Positions 56,195-64,000 of a stretch of DNA of 64,000 nucleotides are shown here, piece by piece. Below the pieces are notes generated by a model. It saw only the letters and a list, made by a program, of their open reading frames with translations, did no database searches and was not told the DNA's origin. The stretch lies in assembly GCF_009914755.1 (NCBI RefSeq), contig NC_060936.1; one strand, 5' to 3'. A program made the translations under genes and the position numbers. The DNA comes from the human T2T-CHM13v2.0 reference genome, Homo sapiens. How positions within the stretch are numbered: the first letter of the stretch is position 1; each line of letters opens with the position of its first letter.

Positions 56195-58224
56195 TCATAT
56201 TCTTTAAACATTAACTAAGCTATCTTCCATCTAGGTATGTGCTTTCCAGAAATAATTATCTTCTCTAGCCCTTTGTACATTTTCTAAAGATCCAGTGGTT
56301 TGAGGAGCATAGAAGAATGGATGAAGAGAATACACAATATCAGTAATTGGATTTATTGACATACCTAGTATCCAAGACGGAATGTCTTTGTGCCTCCATT
56401 TTTAAGACCAAAGAAATTGTTCTTTATAGTTAAATTAAATTGCCCTAATTTTAACTAGAACCATCAGATTCTAATACACAGTCATTATAGCAGAAGTTAA
56501 AATAAACTCAAGGTTTTTAATAGTGTATGAAATTAGTTTGAATAATATATGCCAAAAAACTTTCACTGAATTATCTCAGAAAAAGAGAAATCCGGATTAT
56601 GCCTATTTTCTTGAGTACTGTGGGAGTTGTAGAGATAAGAAATTCACTGATTTATTTTTAGCAACTCTCGATTATATCAAATGTTTCTTCAGAATGGAGC
56701 TATTGCAAGACCAAAATATATACATTTGAATCACTGACAATTTAGAGACTATTGTCTGGGGAAAAATTGTGAAAGAAGTTCAAATATTTTGAAAACTGTT
56801 TCTAAAGGAAAACAACTTTTTGATAACACTCACATCTTTTCATCCTATTTCACTAGTTCCCAAAATTGACCACACACTAGAATTTCTCATACTATTTAAT
56901 GAAAACTACAGAATTCAAATGTTAATCCCTGAAGATTCTAAGTTGATAGAGCTCTAGAAGTGGAGTTTTTTTTTTAAAGATCCCAACAGACTTGGATGAT
57001 CCCCTAATCTAGATATGAGGATTTATAATCTATGTCAAAAGATGCAAATATATAAGATTATGTTAAAGAGATAATAAAATAAAACATAAAAATAAAAAAT
57101 AACTGGTTATATGTAACAATTCCATAAAAATCTATAAATATTATATTTGAGTGTGGAACTACTTGAATATTCAAATAAATTAGATTTTTTTTCTATAAAT
57201 GAATCAGTCTAACTTGCTTAAGGCTATGTATTATCTCAGAGATCAACCATATTGACTACAAAGTGTAACTGGGCACTCATGCCAGTGTCAGCAGTAAACA
57301 GAATTTTTTTTAGACAAGAATAAAATCCCAAGTAAATATTTCTGCAATTACTATTTTCCACACTCCATTATGTCATGTTTATTCTTACCAGTCTTTCCTA
57401 TGACATTGCTTTATCTATGACTATTTTGGGAATCTACTTGAGAAATACAGGAATAAAGTGTTTGGTGAAGAGATTTTAGGCCTATTTAGAGTAAGCCTCT
57501 TTAAAAGTGTTCCCAATTAAATTCTGATTGGTGGATTTCTGTGTTACTTTATTTACTTTTGTAACTTTTCAGTATTTTGTAAATTTACATAATGTTTCTG
57601 AATTACTTTCACAATTAGAAAGAAATTTCAAAAATAGACCAAATGCAAATCGTAAATGGTATGAATATTGTCATAATAATCAAGGATGTCTACACCAATT
57701 GCCTTATTCATGTGGTAAGATAATTCATTAAGTTAATAATTTATGTGCTTTCATTCTTGTTAATATTTTTCCTTCCCTTTTTATCAAATCATGTCCTTGG
57801 GCACCCCTTCCTCAGAAGCAAAGCAAAATACTTTCCTTTTCTCTCACATAAAAATTTGAGTTCATTGAATGTAAACGGACTGTGAGTAGGTGAAAGGAAG
57901 TATCCATGATGATATGATAAATGTTAATTATTGAAAGGTCATTAATAAACATGAATTTATGTTTTACAGTAGCTTTCAAACTATTGGGGTAAAAGGAAGC
58001 AAGGAAAGTGCCCATGCAGGGGAAAGAATTAGCCAAAGACTCTGTGTTGGGTCTAAGGAAGTCGGATTATTTAGATCCAGGTGTTTCACAGTAGGACAGA
58101 GTTAAGGGCATCTGGTAGAGTAAAATAGTTTGTGCACCTAAGTTAGTACAGTATGGAATATACTCACTACTTTTTTTTTCTTCTTCTCAATTACTAAAGT
58201 TTATTTAATATACTCTATGGAATA

Positions 58225-58412
58225 ATATTTCTTATAGTAAGTGACAAAAATCATTTGCATCAAGATCCCCAAAGTTATTTGTTTAAAAAAAAATGCTGGT
58301 CACTGAACCCCTTCCAGATATATTAAATTAGAATTTCTGAGAGCTCAGAAGCTATTATTCAAATGAGCAATGTAAGTTGTTTGAATCACAGTAAAGTTTG
58401 AAAACTATTGTT
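58225..58412. mobile_element. MER5-like hAT fragment
   Basis: 'gcatcaagatcccc', 'ccagatatattaaattagaatttctgag', 'aaagtttgaaaactattg'. Confidence 0.55.
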
Positions 58413-59899
58413 GTAAATGAATAAATTCATGTTTATTGAATAACTTTATATTCCATAATTAACATTTATCATATCATCATTTTAAATATTGGGGCAAATC
58501 TTGTATCCTTTCCTCAGACTGAGAGGAAGTCTTCTCTGATCCACAATAACATGAGAAAATAAGGATAATGCAGTGAGTGTATAACTAGTTCTCAGCCTCC
58601 TGGAGAACTGATTGCTGTGGACAGGAGGATAATGAATCTTTATCACCCTTTTCACTTCCATCTATTTGCTTCTGTCTAATCTAAGGTAAGTAAATATGGT
58701 ATTTAGTTTTATGAAAGAACTTTTAATAGAAGAAGGTATCTGCAAGGGACAGATGCTTGGAAAATGCACAGCAATTACCACAGTTTCTCACTGGCTCATA
58801 ACCCTTTGGGTATGGTTTTGGAATTAGGGAGAAGAACACAAGGGTGAGTTGTAACACTTTGGTGTTACATGGAAGGCAAGGTACCCTATAGATACATAGT
58901 GTATTTAATATGAATACGGGCCATATTGACAAATTATTATTTGAAACTTGGAGTACCAAAATCTGATTCCAGACCTGTGAGCTACACCTGAAGTCCCAGG
59001 TCTCATACAGACAGTTCTGTTTAAGCCTCCTCTACCTTTCTTAGGCAGTTTATTATAAACAGAATGACTTAGACCTATGATATTTACTGAGGTCCATTTA
59101 TTATGTCTCCCAGATTGTATTAATGGAAGGAAAGAACTGATTATAAAATAAGGCTGGACTCTTCAGTTTTCAGTGGAGTTTTCCAAGAGGGAAAAATGAA
59201 ACTGTGATAGCTTACGGGAAAGTATTGTCAGGAGATAGAGAACAGAGAAGGCCTTCATGTAGGGTAGCAGGGCTAGGTTCTGGGGAGTCTTCTCATGGGG
59301 GCCTGGATTAGTCTGAAAATCCTTTGGTTTAATGGTTTTTAATAACATGGGAATTTCCCTAACACTCATCATAAAAGGAAAGACATTTTTTCCCTTATTC
59401 TCTAGGGGTATAGGTGGGATTAGGAACTTTTGATTGTCAACAACGGACCTTAAAATCTGCATGAACTTTTCCTCAAAGAAGATAAAATTAACCATAATGG
59501 AAGTAACATGTAAGATTCATTGCTATTTTAGTGTTGTTTTTAGAAAATAGGAAGGGACCACCTGTTCATTGAACCCATGTCAAATGAGGTGATAGAATTG
59601 TAATTGCCTGTTCCCATGACCCATTGTTTCTGACCAAGTGGAAGTCATAAAAGTGGCCAAATTCCTCTTTACTTTGCAACAGTCACCTGGTTGTAAGCCA
59701 TATCAGAATTTCCCCCTCTGGGAAGCCCAGAACTTCTCAGAGATTTAGAAAAGGAGGAAGAAGAAAAGGAGTCATTCTAATTAGAACTAAGCGATGAAAC
59801 CTGTGGGGATAGAAACTGAATGTGTTTAATGCTGGTTTGGGGTAAATAATTAAAACGCATAGTAGATTGGTCTCTGCCTCTGTGTCATTTTTGTTTCTT

Positions 59900-60095
59900 A
59901 CAGAAGAATCAAACTAAAATTACATGATGTCTGATATTTGCTTTAAAATATTCTAGAAAAAAGTTACAGAATATACTAAACAAGATTGGTAAATCATTTA
60001 TAATTATTCCAGTTGGATGAATAAGGGTGCAAGGGGGTTTGTTTATTGTTACCTTCTCTCTTCCTTATGTATTTCTGAAAATTACACAAAAAACA
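59900..60095 (+). mobile_element. L1MC-like 3' end fragment
   Basis: 'atgatgtctgatatttgctttaaaatattc', 'aacaagattgg', 'tatgtatttctgaaaatt'. Confidence 0.6.
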
Positions 60096-61152
60096 TTGAG
60101 TTTTAGCCCAGAAAATAGTGTCATCTCTGATTTTAGCTAGATCTAAAACAGTGACCCTTTTAAATGCCCCCCGCCCCTGCCTCGAGTCCCCAAGTGAAGT
60201 CTGGCCTTTTGTATAGCAACACCTCTGTTGAAACATTGTCACATATACTGGGGAGGGCAATGGTCCTGAAGCTTTAGACCATAATCAGCAAAGAAGTTGC
60301 CGTGAGTTCCATTTTAGAAGTGAGAGAATTGGGAAAGAACACTTTAAATATCTGCTTCCAAACAATCTAGTTGAAGATATAACTACCTTCTCTCCCAAAT
60401 ATAGTAGCAGAGAATGATCCTCGAGGAATATCTGTGTATTTCTACATGTGTCTGTGTCCGCTAATACGTTGCCAACTGCCTCTTCTTTGAAAGGGTTGGC
60501 TTCAATTCTGACAGTATACTCTTCCTCCATTTTGTGTTCCAATGTCTTTTCTTTATGAAGTGGTGAGGCTAACATATGGTAGTACGGCAAATATTTTTTA
60601 AATCTCATTTTATGTTGTTCTGCAAAACTGTTTTGAAATTATTTTAAAAATCCAGGGATATTGTCTTTGTTTAATCTCCTTTTTTGTCTATTCCATCCCT
60701 TCATCTCCTTCCCTTAATTATCTGTTTCTCCAATTTGTTTACTTCTATAATTTTTCTCCTCTATTCCATCAAGTCTCATTATGTTGAGATTTGTACAATC
60801 ACAGATTTTTTTAATTTTTAAAAAATCACTATTCACTCTGGTCACCATCCAAGATTCCTGTGAACACACAACAAACATAAAACAGAAAGATGCATATTAT
60901 GTAGAAGTAATACCTTGATTTTCCATTTTGCAACAGTGAAGGAATGATGAAGTAAAAATTAACAAAGAGACTTTCACCTTTGTATGTCCGACATTTTTTC
61001 AGAGCTGTGTTGGTTGATGGTGATTACATTAATAAAGTCTATTTTAAAGAACAGAAACCATACTAGTTATTTTAATAGATATAATTTAATATAGGTAATT
61101 TGTTAAAGAGGTATTGGTGGGCCTAGAATATTTAAAAATAAAAGGTATCACA

Positions 61153-61428
61153 GGCCGGGCGCAGTGGCTCACGCCTGTAATCTCAGCACTTTGGGATCAC
61201 GAAGTCAGGAGTTCAAGACCAGCCTGACCAACATGGTGAAACCTCGTCTCTACTAGAAATACAAAAGTTAGCTGGGCGTGGTTGCACGTGCCTGTAATCT
61301 CAGCTACTCAGAAGGCTGAGGCAGGAGAATCACTTGAACCCGGGAGGCAGAGGTTGCAGTGAGCCAAAATTGTGCCACCCACGCCAGCCTGGGCAACAGA
61401 GCAAGACTCCGTCTCTGAATAAATAAAT
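61153..61428 (+). mobile_element. AluS (Sg-like) with a small left-arm deletion
   Basis: 'ggccgggcgcagtggctcacgcctgtaatctcagcactttgggatcacg'. TSD aggtatcaca at 61143-61152 and 61429-61438. Confidence 0.96.
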
Positions 61429-62189
61429 AGGTATCACAAAGAGAGTAAAGGAAAGAAGCAGCCACCATCCTTTCAGATGGAGGAAAAGGGAAGAAGTTGA
61501 AGGTATTAGAACTTAGAAGTTTGAAAGAGGAACCCTGTAGAGTTAAGGCTTAGTCTCCTTAGAAAGGAGGAAGACCAAGTAGTGCTAATATTTTAGGAGC
61601 CAGGGAAAGGAACTCAGCTGAGCCTAGGACCTAGGCGTTGGAATGAAGATGCTGCTTGGCTGGTGCTGGTACCTCAGGAGCTCAGATCCATGCTTTGCAA
61701 AGATGCAACTCAGATCTCTAAAGAGAGGGCTCTACCCTTCAGGAACTAGTCCCTCTAAGGAGACGTAATAAGTCTGTTTGGTGAAGAAAGTTATTACTGG
61801 GACAGCACTGTCAGGAATAACACTAGCATCACAGAGCAGATAACAAGTGTAGGTTTGGAGATAAGAGAAAAATGACCAACATGATAAATCCCTTCTGCTA
61901 CTAATCACTTGTACACACCTTTCTGCATATATTAAAATGTCCATATAACAATAAAAACAATTTTATGCTTTTGCCTCAAAGTATTCAAATATCTTTTATA
62001 CACATGAAGATGTTCTCATCTACTCCCTAAAAAAGTCAGATAAAATCTAAACAGTCATAGAATCCATCTCTGGATATTATCCATTAATCCCCACCTGAAA
62101 ATACTGTAATTTAAAGACTAAATTATAAAATTGACTACCCATGACAATCCTTAATATGATAAGGATAAGAGTGGGATACAAAGTAACTG

Positions 62190-62191
<2 letters not shown>

Positions 62192-62229
<38 letters not shown>
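62192..62229. repeat. (CA)n microsatellite
   Basis: Read directly from the sequence. Confidence 0.95.
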
Positions 62230-62231
<2 letters not shown>

Positions 62232-62325
62232 CATCACAACATGCTAGGAGAAACAGGCTTAGCTGCTCTAGTACTTGTTTTTGTAACCAGCCATAAAGTC
62301 ATAGTTGATATTATGTCCTGATTTG

Positions 62326-62470
62326 TAGCATTGGCTGAATTCTGTGGGGATAAATATTCCCACAAATGCCAATTTCAAGATGCCAAGGTGATGTCACTAA
62401 AAACAGAGTTGGGAAATGGTGCACATCAGTGATTCTGAGGAGTCCATATGAACCTGTTGCAGTGTGCCAG
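62326..62470. mobile_element. MER63-like hAT DNA transposon fragment
   Basis: 'ccaatttcaagatgccaaggtgatgtcactaaaaacagagttgggaaatggtgcaca'. Confidence 0.65.
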
Positions 62471-62474
62471 CTCT

Positions 62475-62703
62475 TTCATAGCATTGGAAGTTAAACTGCA
62501 CCTACCCATCTTGCACTTGGCCATTTTGCACTCCTCACGCTGTTGAAACAAGATGCAAAGAAGATAGTACACTGGCCAGGGTGATAGATCCTAACTAATA
62601 TAAGATGAGGTTGCTACTCCACAGGGGAGCAAGAAAGGCTCTAAAACCTATGGAATTCTCTAGGGGCTCTTCTCATTCTTCCATTCCAATTGGTAAAGGT
62701 TAA

Positions 62704-62741
<38 letters not shown>

Positions 62742-62940
62742 CAATGAAAAGTTGGAGCAAAGTGCAAAACAAATGAAAAAACCAACAAGCAACCATACAA
62801 CAGATGAGGCAGGTCCACTCATGATTCAGACCTTTCAGAAATGAAGGTTGAGATCACTACCAGGTAAAGAACTTCAACCAGCTGAGACTTTTGACACAAA
62901 ACTAGAGGCATATAGAATATGTAATCAAAAAAGAATACTG
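62475..62940 (+). mobile_element. ERVL internal fragment (dUTPase to 3' region)
   Basis: 'ttggaagttaaactg...tggccattttgcactcctc...ctggccagggtgatagatcctaacta...ctactccaca' and 'tcagacctttcagaaatgaaggtt...caccaggtaaagaac..caaccagctgag' resemble the HERV-L internal sequence. Confidence 0.65.
62707..62737 (+). repeat. Poly(A)31 within the ERVL fragment
   Basis: taatct-(A)31-tct. Confidence 0.95.
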
Positions 62941-63371
62941 ACTAGTCATATTTTTGTCCCCAAAATCTAAGAGTGTTTTGGCACATTTAAATGCTCAAAA
63001 AAGTATTTGCCAACTGAATAAAAGTTGTCTACCAGACTAATTAAATTGTCATTAAACCAAGTGATGTTTTCTGAACTAAATGATCAAATACACTGATGTC
63101 TTTGGGTTTGAAATTCCCATTTCCTGATACATGTGTGCCAAAATATAACCAAAAAGTGACTCAATTAATTTTGCCAACCTGATAAAAATCTTCTGAGTAA
63201 TCCTGTACAGAGGTTCCCAAATTTCTCACTTTGCTTTTTATTATATTGATATGAGGATTTTTGAAGAACTAAAGATAAAACATTTATCTTCACCTGACTA
63301 GAATGACAGTTGCTGAATAATAGCCATTAATTTGGATACTGAGCTTAAAGAAGAAATAACACCAATCCACC

Positions 63372-63900
63372 TGTATTAGACATTGTTTGCTAATTCTCAG
63401 TATCATCCCTATCCTTCAAATCTCTCCCCAAAACTGCAGGGGAAGAAAGCTAAAGGCCCCATTTCCCTAATCCCCTGTCAGTAGGGCCGTGAGAAACACT
63501 CATATAAGTTTGGGAGGTAGGAGATGAGAAGGAGTATTCTGCGACAGCTGTGGGCAAGTGTGAGGGCATCTGCAGGCAAGCAGCAGATGAAGGGTATTTT
63601 GGACAGGAATTCCACCTGAGGAGTCCCACATTAGTATTCTATGACTTGAGATCATTAGTAGAGGCTCCCTGAGGCTTTCTGGGATCCTTCAGAAAATGAC
63701 CCACCCTCGTACTGCAGGCAGCTGAGGTCACTGGCAACTACTTTTCTGCTCTATTTCCATTTCTCGATTTCCTAAAAGTGCCTTTCTCAGCCCTTATAAT
63801 GGTTTTGGGAAGCTACTTGTTATTCATTTAAATCTTTTCCCTGTATTACATTAATCTGTGGTCACCTATGCACGATAAACCATTCAATCCCATACTTTTC
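63372..63900 (+). mobile_element. Ancient ERVL LTR (LTR33/LTR41-like)
   Basis: 'tgtattagaca', 'gaaagctaaaggccccatttccctaatcccctg', 'tttgggaggtagga'. Tentative. Confidence 0.45.
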
Positions 63901-64000
63901 CTTCATAAATGGCATAATGAAGATAGATGAAGCAGAAGGAATAAGCAGAAAAGGCAAATAGATCAATATTTGTTTATTTTTCTTCGAAATTAATACAAAG

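Larger units (their letters stand above)
61000..62320 (-). mobile_element. Ancient LTR element (LTR78/ERVL-like LTR plus internal fragment)
   Basis: 'agaaaccatactagttattttaatag..atttaatatagg', 'ggctggtgctggtacctcagga', 'agtgtaggtttggagataagag'. Family tentative. Confidence 0.4.

Noticed and set aside
58596-58691. Perfect donor AAG|GTAAGT with upstream ttctcag acceptor (90-nt candidate exon)
   Set aside because: Weak pyrimidine tract and stops in all three frames. No independent support.
59163-60608. ORFs of 110, 88 and 107 aa on the - strand
   Set aside because: No recognisable homology or exon structure, and lengths are within chance expectation.

Overview
AT-rich, repeat-dense primate genomic DNA (catarrhine, probably human, from AluS/Y, THE1 and HERV-W content). 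No intact cellular protein-coding gene is evident. The main feature is a ~4.7 kb HERV-W (HERV17/LTR17) processed pseudogene at 19411-24140 on the + strand. It has mRNA architecture (R-U5-PBS-gag-pro-Δpol-Δenv-PPT-U3-R-polyA), meaning a retroviral transcript was re-inserted, most likely by L1 machinery. It carries a tRNA-Ile-like rather than Trp PBS, lacks the pre-gag leader (apparently spliced out), lacks RT, and has a doubly deleted env. Other content includes a full-length THE1D MaLR provirus, an old MLT1 LTR-int-LTR remnant, an L1MA with a twin-priming 5' inversion, a Tc2-type (Kanga1/MER104-like) DNA transposon with a transposase remnant, about 10 Alus, many solo LTRs, L2/MIR/MER5 fossils, microsatellites and a 30-bp minisatellite. 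Subfamily names were assigned by eye from remembered consensus motifs, and boundaries of old repeats are approximate. I found no convincing undescribed biological system: the findings are mostly locus-specific variants of known phenomena, plus a few speculative regulatory and exon candidates.
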